A stretch of DNA of 56,583 nt from Candidatus Woesearchaeota archaeon (GCA_016203395.1 JACQMV010000057.1:1-56583); one strand, 5' to 3'. Counted from the first letter of the stretch, positions 27,517-38,053 are shown. Notes: a model not told the origin generated them from the sequence alone. Made by a program: numbers and translations.

Positions 27517-29162
27517 GCAAAAACAACACTAACAATTAAAGAAAAATCATTAACCCGGTCATAAGTCAATACAGTAATTCCTTCAGCACCATCTAACGCC
27601 ATAAATGAATAATCCCCTGAGAAAACACGTCCTTTATCTGACTTCCAGTAAGGATGATAGTTCATTTTAAGCACTAAATTGCCTGTAGCGTTCAAAACAA
27701 TCCTGTGACGTGTTTTTTCCAATAACTCTCCTTCTCCAACAACAAAATCATTATTAAAAGGAAGCTCAAAAACATTGTACCCGCCTGAAGAAAAAACCTT
27801 CTTCCCTGCCGGAGGAACCTTATCCGTAACAATATACTGAACATTGAAACGCTCTGCCAGCCAAAGAAATTCATCGCTTGAAATGTTTTTCCTTCCAAAC
27901 CACAAATCATCAGCAAAGTCAACAAGATTTGCCATAGCAATTTTCGGATTATGAGTAAAGCCAGAAACTGCACTTACATTAGAAACAACATGAGCCAAAG
28001 GCATAAGATTGTACTTAGAATTATCTGAAGTATCATCCAACAAAACCCTGCCTTGTGCATTATTCACAAAACCAAATGAATCAAGCAAGTTCTGGGGAGC
28101 AACAGCAAACCACGCACCAGGCAACAAAAACGCAATCAGCACTGAAAATACTAGCCCAAGATAGGGTTTAACATTAACTCTGGAAAAAACATCAGCTGCA
28201 AAAAAAACAAGCCCTAAACGGACATACAACAAGAATCGCTCAGGAATAATGCTTGAAAAAAGCTTAAAACCAAAAATTTCCCAAGGACCCAAAGAAATAA
28301 CCAGCATAGCACAGGAAAAAAACAAAACTGCCTTCTTAACCCGGGAAAAATCACGCTCAAAAAAAGCAGAAACTAATAAAATAATACTGGGAATGCTAAT
28401 AAGAAAACTACGCCAAAAACCCCCTCCTGATTTGAGCAACAAATAACCAAACTGCTTCAGCTTAAACAACAAAGAAGCGCCAGAAGAATACGGAACAAAC
28501 CACGCCCTTGTTTCAACAAAAGGAAACCAGTAAAAGAATGTAAGAGCCGAGCCAAACACAACCGGTAAAAGAACTCTCGGTTTCTTCCATACCACAACCA
28601 AACAAGCAGCAAGAACGACTGCAGCAATTGCAGAATAAAGATGAGACAGAACAATCAACCCAAAAACAACAGACTGAAGCCACAACTTAGAGGATTTTAC
28701 AAGCAACAAAAAAAACCATAACAAAAGCGAAAAACCAATAAGCTCAGCCCACAACCCCTCAAGAATCCGGTTTAATAATTGTGCCTGAACAACAAAAACA
28801 ACAGAAGCCAAAAAAGCACCCTTAGGAAAAAATGACTTAAGAAAAGAATAAACCGACAATGCAAGAAAAACCTGCACCAAAACAAGAAACACCTTATAGC
28901 CCAAACCAACCCCAAACAAATAAGAAAGAAGTCCGGCAATCCAAAAACCAAGCTGATAATTATACAACTGAACAGGCATTCCCGCATAATCAGCATCACT
29001 CCAACCAGAAATCCAACCAGACCTTAAAACATCAGAAAACCACACGATTTCTGCCTGCCTTACCGGATTGTCAGTGTATGCAAGATAGCCCGACTTAAAA
29101 ACAGCAAGCAATGGAATTACTGCAATAACCAACAACAGCCAAAACTCTTTTTTGTTTATCAT
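27450..29162 (-). CDS. Polytopic membrane protein, GT-C/YfhO-like candidate glycosyltransferase
   Basis: 570 aa with many helices and a C-terminal soluble domain containing MNYHPYWKSD. Architectural paralog of 21799..23649. Confidence 0.5.
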   Translation of the reverse strand: MINKKEFWLLLVIAVIPLLAVFKSGYLAYTDNPVRQAEIVWFSDVLRSGWISGWSDADYAGMPVQLYNYQLGFWIAGLLSYLFGVGLGYKVFLVLVQVFLALSVYSFLKSFFPKGAFLASVVFVVQAQLLNRILEGLWAELIGFSLLLWFFLLLVKSSKLWLQSVVFGLIVLSHLYSAIAAVVLAACLVVVWKKPRVLLPVVFGSALTFFYWFPFVETRAWFVPYSSGASLLFKLKQFGYLLLKSGGGFWRSFLISIPSIILLVSAFFERDFSRVKKAVLFFSCAMLVISLGPWEIFGFKLFSSIIPERFLLYVRLGLVFFAADVFSRVNVKPYLGLVFSVLIAFLLPGAWFAVAPQNLLDSFGFVNNAQGRVLLDDTSDNSKYNLMPLAHVVSNVSAVSGFTHNPKIAMANLVDFADDLWFGRKNISSDEFLWLAERFNVQYIVTDKVPPAGKKVFSSGGYNVFELPFNNDFVVGEGELLEKTRHRIVLNATGNLVLKMNYHPYWKSDKGRVFSGDYSFMALDGAEGITVLTYDRVNDFSLIVSVVFACIIFYTARSSSRKWNSAKSLL

Positions 29163-30802
29163 ACAGACATCACATACAAGGTTTCAACACCGTGCTTGGT
29201 AGAGTACTCTTTATAATCCTGCAAGCTACCCTGAGGCAGAGAAGAAGGATTCCAAACACCTCCTTTTTTCAAAATGTAATAAACAGGAAGCAAAGAATTA
29301 TCCCTTAAAAAACCACCAACTGAAACCAAAGAATAATTTGATTGCATGTAAGCCCAAACATCAGCATACTGCTGAAGCATCTGCAAACCCCCTAAGGGAA
29401 TATGAACAAAAACATAAGAAATATTATGCAATTGTTCACCCAACTGAATTTTTGAAAGATTAGTCCTTGGCATGCCCGGACAAACACGCTTCGCAGCAAA
29501 ACAAACACCAACTGATTGAGACTCCCCGACCATATAAAACGCATCACCCTGCCCGGTATGCTCCTGAATATAGCTGCCTGCAACATCAAGCCCATAAAAA
29601 ATCGTGTCAAACTGAACATTTGTCCGCTCCTTAACTGCACTTATAGTTGGAAGCAACAAAAGCAAAGGAAGATATTTCACAAAAGGCATTCTGATAACAC
29701 TATAACAAATAATACCAAATACGTACAAAATGAAAGCGCTTGATATCGCAATCAAAGGAAGAAAAGGAAACTGATAATAACTATGACCCTTAAAATAATC
29801 TGCAAGAATCATCAAATACGGAACTAATGCAACAGCATAGCCGAGAGAATATCTTGAAATTCTTGAACGAATAAAAAAAAGCATGCAAATCAGGCCGAAA
29901 ACTGCAAGCCAAAAATACCAAGAAGTAAAATTATCTAACGTATACGCCTTTAACGTAGGGAAGTATTGATTCCAATACTCAGAACCAAAAATCCGAAACA
30001 AATCAACCCTTTTCAACGTATTAGAAGACAAATCAGAGCTTACATTAAGAAGTCCTGAAATAACCCCATTCCACAACAAAAAAGGAATAAAACAAACAAC
30101 AAACAAAACAAAGTGCTTACGATAACTGCTCTCAACAATCCTGCTAAAAGGAAAAACAAATACCAGAGGAAACAAAACAATCAAAAAGGTCATCTTAAGC
30201 AAAGCAGTAATGCAGAAAAAAACCCCTGCCAAAACGATATTCTTCAGCAATGGTTCATCAATCCACTTCACAAAATAATAGCTGGCAAGAACAGCAAAAA
30301 GCAACGCAGGACTTTCTGGCTGAAAATTCCTACCAAAAAAAACAGACAACGGCAAAAAAGCAAAAATAAACGAAGAAAGCAAAGCAACATAATTATTCCT
30401 GCTCAACTGCCGAACAAAATAATAAAGCGCAACAATCGTTCCAACAGACGCCAAGACCATAAGAAAGCGAGGCCACCAAAAATTAACCCCAAACAACAAC
30501 CAACCAAAAGAAGCAAGCCAGCTCAAAACAGGAATTTGAGGATACTCCTCAAAATAACAAGGAATCTCCCCAACACCACACAAATAATACGGCCTTCTAA
30601 GAAAATCCCAGCCCTCCCAGTTTCCAGAATAAAAATAATAAGAAGGAACAAGATACTCATTCTCCTTCATATTATGATAACCGATACTTGGGAAATCAAT
30701 ATTAAAAAAACGCAAATAAAAACCAAAGACTACAAATACCAGAAGAAAAACAAAAGACAGCTTAAGCTTAGGGGGGCTCATAACACAAAAATAAGCGAAC
30801 AA
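29159..30802 (-). CDS. GT-C fold glycosyltransferase (PMT_2/ArnT-like)
   Basis: 547 aa, polytopic. Has the N-terminal LRFFNIDFPSIGYHNMKENEY loop. ATGA overlap with the downstream gene. Confidence 0.7.
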   Translation of the reverse strand: MFAYFCVMSPPKLKLSFVFLLVFVVFGFYLRFFNIDFPSIGYHNMKENEYLVPSYYFYSGNWEGWDFLRRPYYLCGVGEIPCYFEEYPQIPVLSWLASFGWLLFGVNFWWPRFLMVLASVGTIVALYYFVRQLSRNNYVALLSSFIFAFLPLSVFFGRNFQPESPALLFAVLASYYFVKWIDEPLLKNIVLAGVFFCITALLKMTFLIVLFPLVFVFPFSRIVESSYRKHFVLFVVCFIPFLLWNGVISGLLNVSSDLSSNTLKRVDLFRIFGSEYWNQYFPTLKAYTLDNFTSWYFWLAVFGLICMLFFIRSRISRYSLGYAVALVPYLMILADYFKGHSYYQFPFLPLIAISSAFILYVFGIICYSVIRMPFVKYLPLLLLLPTISAVKERTNVQFDTIFYGLDVAGSYIQEHTGQGDAFYMVGESQSVGVCFAAKRVCPGMPRTNLSKIQLGEQLHNISYVFVHIPLGGLQMLQQYADVWAYMQSNYSLVSVGGFLRDNSLLPVYYILKKGGVWNPSSLPQGSLQDYKEYSTKHGVETLYVMSV

Positions 30803-30890
30803 GAATATAAAGGTTAAGGATGGCTGAGATTAACTTTAGCTTTCTATAACCCCACAATAAAACTTCAAAACATTTTTTTAAATGAATTAA

Positions 30891-33800
30891 TTATCGCACT
30901 TTCTCAACTCTGACACGGAAATACAGCGTTTTATTAGCCAGAGGATGCTGAGACGGGTCTAAACCGTAACCTTGCTCAGCCAAAACCTCAATAGTCCGCT
31001 CATCACTCTCTTTCATACCAGCAATACCTTTACTAAACCCGTCAATAAAACCTGCTTTACCATACACAAAATCAACAGGCGAGCCATTTACGAAATCAGA
31101 ACTCGGAGTGACATTACTATCTTTAATAGTGCTATCAAACACTGTTTTATCTGGCTCTGTCCAGCCAATATAGTTCAGCCGAACTCTCGCACCATTCTCA
31201 ATAACTGAGTGAGGAACAAAATCAGAAAGCAATGTGGTGTTTTTTCCTTCCCAATCCACTTTGTACGTATAAATCGGTTGGCCATTAAGCTCTTTCTCAA
31301 CCTTGAAAAACTTATAATACTTCAATCCATGCGCCTGACCAAAGAACAAACGCACAAAAATACTTTTGTGCACAGGAATGTTGGCCAAAATTGCTTGAAG
31401 ATTGCCGTCCTCTTTAGGAAGAATTGCAATACCTGCATCAATAATCCCCTCAGGGTATTCTTTTGAAACAACCTTACCTTCCCTGTTAATATACGATACA
31501 GACTTTACAAGCCCCGGACCCTGATTAGTTGGAACAAATGCTTTATCACCCTCTAAGAAAATACCATTGCCACACTCAACTCTTGAGCCATTTCTGAAAG
31601 AACAGGAAGAAGAGCCACCACTGAAAGAAGGCCAAGGAGCAATCCAACTATTAGCGTCACTCTCAGAAGCAATAGAATTAACCTCCGCATACCTTTGGCG
31701 TGCAATATCATCACTATAATTATATCTCTCTTTCATATAAGCAATTGCATCATCCTTCGGCAGTTTCTTAACATTAACCCACAAATCAGCCCTTTCAAAA
31801 TTCCATGAACCAAAATGCGCCCAAACACCGCCCTTACCAATCATATCATTACTAGCAATAACAAACGCTTCAGGGGGCTCGCAATGCGTAAACCCGAGGA
31901 CTTCTTTAATCTGCGAATCATTAAACAGACTGGCTTTCAAAATGCGTGCAGCTTCCTCTTTATTAGAAACGGTCAAAGAATTTATTATTTTGATAGATGC
32001 AGGAGTGAAATTAATAACCTCATTAACCTTTTCAAATGCCTGATTGCCACCACAATCCAGCATTCTAAGAATGCCAATACTTTCTTCTTCATCCTCAGTC
32101 AAAAACAACTTTCCAACCCAATGAGCCATCGGCGTATTCTGCCAAGCACCATCAAAAGTAACAGGGCGGTCAGCAACATACTTAAAATGATGACCATAAT
32201 CCCACCAGCTCGTAATAATCGCATTAGCCATACTTGATTCCCTAATCTCAACAAGTGTGTTATACCACGCATCATTCATAATAGGAACATCATTTCTTGA
32301 AAGCCCATAAGAACTACCTACTGTGCTGCTCATGGAAAGAGCGAACAACACAAATATAATCAGCGTAGTTATCCATTTCTTAATCCCAAAATTCTTCAAA
32401 CAGAAATCCCCAATAACCTTTACCAACAGCCCGGCAGAAATACCGAACGCAATAGCAAATGGCGGAACCATCATCATAACAAAACGAACACCCTTTGTAG
32501 TAGCATACATTGCTGCAAAAAACCAAATAGCCAAAAATATAGAATAGCCTGCTTCGCGATGATTATGCTCATCACGCATGAACAAACAAAGACCAATCCC
32601 GATTAAAGACAACAACAACAGATAATTCCCGAACTGGCGAACGACATCCTTAAGCGAAATAGGATTAAGCTCGGCAACAGTTGTATAAACATTCGGCCAA
32701 AGATTTGAAGCAGACGCTTCCTTAATCATAGTAAATCCGAACGGCGCAAAAGGCGCATCCAAAAAGCCAGAAACCCTGCCCTGAAACAAAGAAACAAAAA
32801 TTGCTGAAACAACAACAAGAACAATACCATATAAGACGGCATTCTTAAGCCGGGAATCAACAAGTATGCCTGATAATTTACTGCCTTTAATCACCTGATA
32901 AACCACGGCAAGAACGATTAACGCAATAATTGCAACACCTGCAACAACAAACTTCTCAACAAACAAGCCAATTAATAATACTAGCGCTAAAATGCCAACA
33001 AGCCATCTCATATCAGATAAAAACGCACGCCAACTGGAAAATAACCCGAGAGCATACAAAATCCTAATAATTGCGTAAACCCCGAAAGTAGCAAGAATAA
33101 AATCAAAAATATACCACCAGCCACCCCAAGCAATAGAATAAAGCCCAATAACAAAACCACAAATTCCTGCAAACGCCCACTGTTTACTTTTTTCTTTCTC
33201 ATGAAAGCCCGCCAAGAACAAAAATGAAATCAGCATCGGAAACAAAATATTGTAAGCATCAGTATCGGCATGCCCCCACAACGTTCTGCCAATAACTGCA
33301 GGATGAAGCCCGAGCATAGCAACAGCAAAAAAACCACCAATCCATCCGCCATAACGACTGGCTAAAAAGTAAGCAGGAATGAATGACAAAAACATAAGCA
33401 CAACAGGAAGATAATTTGCACTCTCCATCAAAGGAACCTTTCTGAACAAAGAAACAATCTTGTGAAAGTAAGCAATAACATAAGGATGCAAGTCATGAGG
33501 ATCGGTAGTAGAACCGCGAGGAGCAATAACATGGTCGTCCCACTGCTTTCCATCTTTTATCCGATCACCAAGAATTCCTTTATCAAGATAATTCCTTGCC
33601 AACCGAATATAATTATACGGGTCAATGTCCGGCATGTAAGTATAAGTCTTGCCATCTTCAGTATACTCAAAATGTGACTTGAACTGGTTTGTAATCTGGT
33701 CTGTTTGCTGAGCAATCAAATCCTTCTGAGAACTCATAATCTCATCCAAATTGTCATCAACAAGCTGTTTCTTCCTGTCATCAGGAAGATTCGGATACTG

Positions 33801-34208
33801 CTGGTTAATCTGATCAACAACCTGATTCCTATAAAAATCATTCACAGCATTCCTTGCCCAATCAAGAGTAGGTGGAAGCGAAGCACCCTGCAAGCTAGTC
33901 CATGTTGCCCCCCACGGGCAATGAAGCTTTCCAACACAAGGAAAGAAGTTGGAATTAGGAACAAACTGCAAAAGCATAATCAAAAGAAAAACCAGAACTG
34001 TTTTGTATTTCAGCACAAACTGCTTTATAACCCCAAAATCAAAAGAGATATCTTCTGGTGAGGAAGAATTACTTTTTAAACCGGGCATGTCAGAATTCTC
34101 AGAAGAAGAACTCCTGCGTCCAGAACTGAAAAATCCTTTTATCTTATTCCACAACTTGCCAAAATCAATAGTAATATCGTCCTCTGCCACAATACTGAGG
34201 AAGAGCAA
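30891..34208 (-). CDS. aglB: Archaeal oligosaccharyltransferase AglB (STT3 family) with C-terminal FKBP-type peptidyl-prolyl isomerase domain
   Basis: 1105 aa. Has the first-loop acidic motif MPDIDPYNYIRLAR, multiple TM helices and the catalytic WWDYG (ITSWWDYGHHF). The last ~100 aa (nt ~30894-31202) read VRLNYIGW..KTVFDST...FVYGKAGFIDGFSKGIAGMKESDERTIEV..EQGYG...TLYFRVRVEKV, an FKBP_C pattern. Confidence 0.85.
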   Translation of the reverse strand: MLFLSIVAEDDITIDFGKLWNKIKGFFSSGRRSSSSENSDMPGLKSNSSSPEDISFDFGVIKQFVLKYKTVLVFLLIMLLQFVPNSNFFPCVGKLHCPWGATWTSLQGASLPPTLDWARNAVNDFYRNQVVDQINQQYPNLPDDRKKQLVDDNLDEIMSSQKDLIAQQTDQITNQFKSHFEYTEDGKTYTYMPDIDPYNYIRLARNYLDKGILGDRIKDGKQWDDHVIAPRGSTTDPHDLHPYVIAYFHKIVSLFRKVPLMESANYLPVVLMFLSFIPAYFLASRYGGWIGGFFAVAMLGLHPAVIGRTLWGHADTDAYNILFPMLISFLFLAGFHEKEKSKQWAFAGICGFVIGLYSIAWGGWWYIFDFILATFGVYAIIRILYALGLFSSWRAFLSDMRWLVGILALVLLIGLFVEKFVVAGVAIIALIVLAVVYQVIKGSKLSGILVDSRLKNAVLYGIVLVVVSAIFVSLFQGRVSGFLDAPFAPFGFTMIKEASASNLWPNVYTTVAELNPISLKDVVRQFGNYLLLLSLIGIGLCLFMRDEHNHREAGYSIFLAIWFFAAMYATTKGVRFVMMMVPPFAIAFGISAGLLVKVIGDFCLKNFGIKKWITTLIIFVLFALSMSSTVGSSYGLSRNDVPIMNDAWYNTLVEIRESSMANAIITSWWDYGHHFKYVADRPVTFDGAWQNTPMAHWVGKLFLTEDEEESIGILRMLDCGGNQAFEKVNEVINFTPASIKIINSLTVSNKEEAARILKASLFNDSQIKEVLGFTHCEPPEAFVIASNDMIGKGGVWAHFGSWNFERADLWVNVKKLPKDDAIAYMKERYNYSDDIARQRYAEVNSIASESDANSWIAPWPSFSGGSSSCSFRNGSRVECGNGIFLEGDKAFVPTNQGPGLVKSVSYINREGKVVSKEYPEGIIDAGIAILPKEDGNLQAILANIPVHKSIFVRLFFGQAHGLKYYKFFKVEKELNGQPIYTYKVDWEGKNTTLLSDFVPHSVIENGARVRLNYIGWTEPDKTVFDSTIKDSNVTPSSDFVNGSPVDFVYGKAGFIDGFSKGIAGMKESDERTIEVLAEQGYGLDPSQHPLANKTLYFRVRVEKVR

Positions 34209-34334
34209 CTACTTAAAAAGATTAGCTAAGATTAACTAAAAAACCAGAACTCTTTTTTCTCCAATAGACATTAATAATTATCAGAGAATGCGCCATTTAT
34301 TTCCCAAAAGCCCTATCTGATACTCGCTGTTAAA

Positions 34335-35273
34335 TTATTCCAACGCCACTTCTTTTGCCAGCGCGATAACAGCAGCAGCAAGGAATTCATTTGCTTTTGT
34401 TCTCACATTCCCATCAAGTGATTTATCCTTTAACATGCAGTCAACACTAGAGTAACTTCTTTTTTGTACAAACTTCAGGACAGCGTTCATTTCTGCATCA
34501 GCTATTCGTGCCTGCGCTTTTTGGTTTGTTTCTGCATCATCATTACTAAAATCATACGCCAGCTGTCTAAGGGAAAGATAATCTCCGTTTTGCACGTGTT
34601 CTTCAATCGCTTTTTCGCACAACTTACTGCGGGCTTTTTTTGCCATTTCGCTCACGCACCTACTTACCCGTGTTTCTTTCATAATCTCACTGAGTTGGGA
34701 CAGGTTTACTTCTTTTTCAGCATTTGCAAGTATTACCATTCCTGCCGCATCTCTAGTAGCTTGCTCAAGTTGCTGATTCGTCATCATATCTCGGACACAT
34801 ATAAGATTATTTGTGGACGTGTATGCTGCAATTGCGACGCTCCCTGCTTTAATTCTCAATTCAGCATTCAGCTCAGGATCTTTTGCAATCGTAATAATCA
34901 TATAAATCTCACTTCTTCGCAAGTACTCACCAATTGCCTGCAATGTTATAGATGGCATGAGTTCTCTTGCTCTGTCTCTGACTTTTTGCTCAAGAAGCTC
35001 ATTTTTCGCAATATTAGTGAGAGCAGGGTAGTCATAAGAGCATGCACTTTTTTTAATAGCGTTCATTGCCGCAGGAGTCACCTGCTCCCTTGCTTTTGTT
35101 CTCATGTTTTCAGAATTTCGCAAATCATCAGCAATTTTCAAAAGTGTTGAATACCATCCCCGTTCTGCATAAGAAGCACATAATCTTTCTGTTGCTTTGA
35201 AACGTATATTCTCGTCAGGATGCTGCTTTGAAATTAATAGTAATTCTTCCAAATCATTTTGGTCTTTGCCCAT
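34335..35273 (-). CDS. Alpha-helical repeat protein (HEAT/ARM-like by periodicity)
   Basis: 312 aa with about eight ~38-aa helical repeats, each carrying a (N/E)x(V/I/M)R.KA.E-type motif (ENIRFKATE, ENMRTKARE, QKVRDRARE, AELRIKAGS, GNVRTKANE). Confidence 0.4.
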   Translation of the reverse strand: MGKDQNDLEELLLISKQHPDENIRFKATERLCASYAERGWYSTLLKIADDLRNSENMRTKAREQVTPAAMNAIKKSACSYDYPALTNIAKNELLEQKVRDRARELMPSITLQAIGEYLRRSEIYMIITIAKDPELNAELRIKAGSVAIAAYTSTNNLICVRDMMTNQQLEQATRDAAGMVILANAEKEVNLSQLSEIMKETRVSRCVSEMAKKARSKLCEKAIEEHVQNGDYLSLRQLAYDFSNDDAETNQKAQARIADAEMNAVLKFVQKRSYSSVDCMLKDKSLDGNVRTKANEFLAAAVIALAKEVALE

Positions 35274-35280
35274 CTTTTAA

Positions 35281-36372
35281 TCAAAAAAGAACGTAGAATA
35301 AAAACATGTGCTTTGCAAACCACAACAGCCGTGGCTCTGCAAGCAGCAGTTTCAGAATAAACCTTGAAGGAAATTCTCTCGGATGCTCGCGAAGAATCTT
35401 TTTTATCTTTTCTTTATTCATCAACCAAAGCAAATAATCATAATCTTTATCGGAAAACCTATTCAGTATCTTTCGGATACGCTCATGAATCCATAACTCA
35501 CGACGTAATGAACGCAAATAATACTCATACGGCTTATTATTCTGTATTGACTCTGCAAGCGCTTTGGAAGACAACATTCCGGTAATAATACCCCCGCCAG
35601 TAGTGGCTTTAACAAAACCGCCAGCATCACCAACAAGAAAAACATTTTTATTCTGAACAATCCGCTTTTTATAAATCGGGATAGGACCTCCTGTCATGCT
35701 AACAATAACGCCATTAACCCTTTTCTGCAATTTCTCAAAAAATAATCTTGCTTTGTTAGTGCCAGCAACACCCACCCTAGACAAGACATTTGATTCAGGA
35801 ACACTCCAACCAAAAAAACCGGGAGCAACATCACTGCCGAACCATGTTTCAAATTTATCAGAAACCCACTTGCTTTTCATAGTCGCCTGACAACCAATCC
35901 AACAATCCTGCGTTTCATAAAGCCTAGAACTCTTCGCAACCTTACTTAGAGGACCATCTGCACCTACTAAAATATCAAAAGAATGCACTGTCTCTTTGCC
36001 ATTATGCCTGAAAACTGCTTTATTATTTGTATGAGACACAAACTTATGCCCTAAATGATATTTTACACCAGACCGCGTTGCCATTTCAGCAACAAACTTA
36101 TCAAACCTGTGCCTGCATATGATATACTCATCCAAAGGAACTTCAATACTCGCATTAGACGAATGAACCAAAACACTGCGCGCTTTATTCACTATATATT
36201 TATCATCATAAGGAACAAGATCAAATAGTGCTTTGGTAACAATACCTGTGCATTGGATAGGCATGCCAATCTCTTTATGATCCTCAAAAACACTAACCGC
36301 ATGACCTTGGCGAGCAAGCAAATACGCAGCATAAGACCCGGCAGGTCCTGCACCAACAACACAAACGTTCAT
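35281..36372 (-). CDS. Geranylgeranyl reductase family flavoprotein (digeranylgeranylglycerophospholipid reductase-like)
   Basis: 363 aa. Has VCVVGAGPAGSYAAYLLARQGHAVSVFE (FAD dinucleotide fold) and GDAGGFVKATTGGGI. Confidence 0.85.
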   Translation of the reverse strand: MNVCVVGAGPAGSYAAYLLARQGHAVSVFEDHKEIGMPIQCTGIVTKALFDLVPYDDKYIVNKARSVLVHSSNASIEVPLDEYIICRHRFDKFVAEMATRSGVKYHLGHKFVSHTNNKAVFRHNGKETVHSFDILVGADGPLSKVAKSSRLYETQDCWIGCQATMKSKWVSDKFETWFGSDVAPGFFGWSVPESNVLSRVGVAGTNKARLFFEKLQKRVNGVIVSMTGGPIPIYKKRIVQNKNVFLVGDAGGFVKATTGGGIITGMLSSKALAESIQNNKPYEYYLRSLRRELWIHERIRKILNRFSDKDYDYLLWLMNKEKIKKILREHPREFPSRFILKLLLAEPRLLWFAKHMFLFYVLF

Positions 36373-36423
36373 ATTGAAAGAAATAAGTTAAGGTTATTAA
36401 ATATTCTGGCATTCCTACAACTT

Positions 36424-36738
36424 ATGGAAGAAGAAGGCGAGATGGAAAGCAAAATAAAAGAAGCATTACAATCATTAGTGATAGTGGTTCCTATTGCTGC
36501 AATTTTATACTTCGGGTTGTGTTATGGGATACAAAGACAGACAACAGTAAAAATACGGAACATTGACAGATACTCAGGAAGAATACAGACAGACAAAGGA
36601 GAATTCATTTACGCAATAAACACAGGAAAAAGAGAATTAGCACCAGATTTGAGAACTGGCGAAAAATACGTTATAACATATAGAGGAGAACCACTAATTT
36701 TCAACAGATACGCGAACAAAGCGCTACCAACGAAGTGA
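36424..36738 (+). CDS. Small membrane-anchored protein
   Basis: 104 aa counted from the ATG at 36424; the upstream part of the ORF overlaps the reductase gene antisense. One TM (LVIVVPIAAILYFGLCYGI). Confidence 0.4.
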   Translation: MEEEGEMESKIKEALQSLVIVVPIAAILYFGLCYGIQRQTTVKIRNIDRYSGRIQTDKGEFIYAINTGKRELAPDLRTGEKYVITYRGEPLIFNRYANKALPTK

Positions 36739-36889
36739 ATATAGGCAATAAGATGTTTTAGATTGCTTCAAAGAAGCTGTCAGCACTGTCCATTAGATTG
36801 CTTATTATGCACGAATGAACTTACTCGCGAGTAACACTAAGGTTTATAAGTCAAACAAAAATAAACTGCGTAATTGGAGGTTATTCACA

Positions 36890-38053
36890 ATGAAAAAAAC
36901 AACAGTTTTAGCAGGACTTGCATTAGGAGGATTAGGATACTTGGTTGCAAACAGGATGTTTGCAGAGGAAGCACCACAAATACAAGAAGCACCACAAATC
37001 AATGCTGAAACACAGATAGAAACAGGAGAAGCAGCACAAGAAACAATACAAGAAGCAACAATAACTGTAGAAGATCCAAAAATAATTGCACAAACACCAA
37101 TGCTTTTTGGAGCACCAATAACATTAGAAGAGCTAGAAGCACAATTATTGAAAAGTCAAGAACAAAAGACACCAGAACAGCCAGCATCAGTTCCAGTCAC
37201 TACTCAAGACGTTGTAGAAAAAAAAGAAGAATCAACAGCGCAAAAGACAGACTATGATGCAGAAATCAAAGCATCAAGAGAAAGACAGGCAGAAACTGCA
37301 AAAAGAATTGCACAAATATATGAAGATCGAGTGAGCTCGCGTGCAGAAAGACAGAAAAACGCAGCAATGCTGGAAGCACAAAAAACAGTTTATGCAACAG
37401 AACAAGCAAGAACTGACATTGCAACGTATGAACAATTAATAGTTGCATACGAACAAAAACTTGAACTGCTAGGAAAAACAAACGCAGCAACAAACCAATA
37501 CAGAAGCGAAATAGACATTCTAAAACGCGAATTAAGAGAAATGCAGAAAAAACTCAATGACTACAAGTCAGAAACAGATGGTCTTGAGCAAAAATTTGAT
37601 AACGGCGTTAAAGACAACGGTGGAATTGAGCAAAAGGTTGAACCACCTGCAAATGTGCCAGAACAAGCTACGACAAATACACCAGCAACTTCACTAGTAG
37701 AGCCAGTGCTGCCACCACAAAAAAGATATGTTTCACCACAAGAACTGGCTCAAACGCACCTAGGAGCGGCACCGGGACCAGAAGAATACAAAGCAGCAAT
37801 CAGGGCACTACACGCAGAAGAAAGCGAATACCTATCAAACAGAAACGAAAGAGTGCAGTATGAAAACACGCTAAAAGACTTAAAAGCAGGATTCACAGCA
37901 AGCGCGTTTGATCTTGCAAAAAAACTCGCAAGCGTTGACAAAGCAGGAGCAAGAGCATTTTACGAGGAGAACAAAGATCAAATGGACTGGTCAAGCATGA
38001 GGTTCGGCAATATTAAAAGAAAAGCACTAGAAGCAAAGGTCTACCCACAATAA
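36890..38053 (+). CDS. N-terminally anchored coiled-coil surface protein
   Basis: GGAGG lies 10 nt upstream of the ATG at 36890. Has the signal/anchor MKKTTVLAGLALGGLGYLVA, then an E/Q/A-rich heptad-like sequence. Confidence 0.5.
   Translation: MKKTTVLAGLALGGLGYLVANRMFAEEAPQIQEAPQINAETQIETGEAAQETIQEATITVEDPKIIAQTPMLFGAPITLEELEAQLLKSQEQKTPEQPASVPVTTQDVVEKKEESTAQKTDYDAEIKASRERQAETAKRIAQIYEDRVSSRAERQKNAAMLEAQKTVYATEQARTDIATYEQLIVAYEQKLELLGKTNAATNQYRSEIDILKRELREMQKKLNDYKSETDGLEQKFDNGVKDNGGIEQKVEPPANVPEQATTNTPATSLVEPVLPPQKRYVSPQELAQTHLGAAPGPEEYKAAIRALHAEESEYLSNRNERVQYENTLKDLKAGFTASAFDLAKKLASVDKAGARAFYEENKDQMDWSSMRFGNIKRKALEAKVYPQ

Noticed and set aside
30113-30817. 234-aa + strand ORF (also 34464..35150 at 228 aa, 4008..4337, and several 60-140-aa ORFs)
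   Set aside because: These are K/R/N/Q-rich or otherwise compositionally skewed. They are fully nested antisense or out of frame within motif-supported genes, and have no independent start context.
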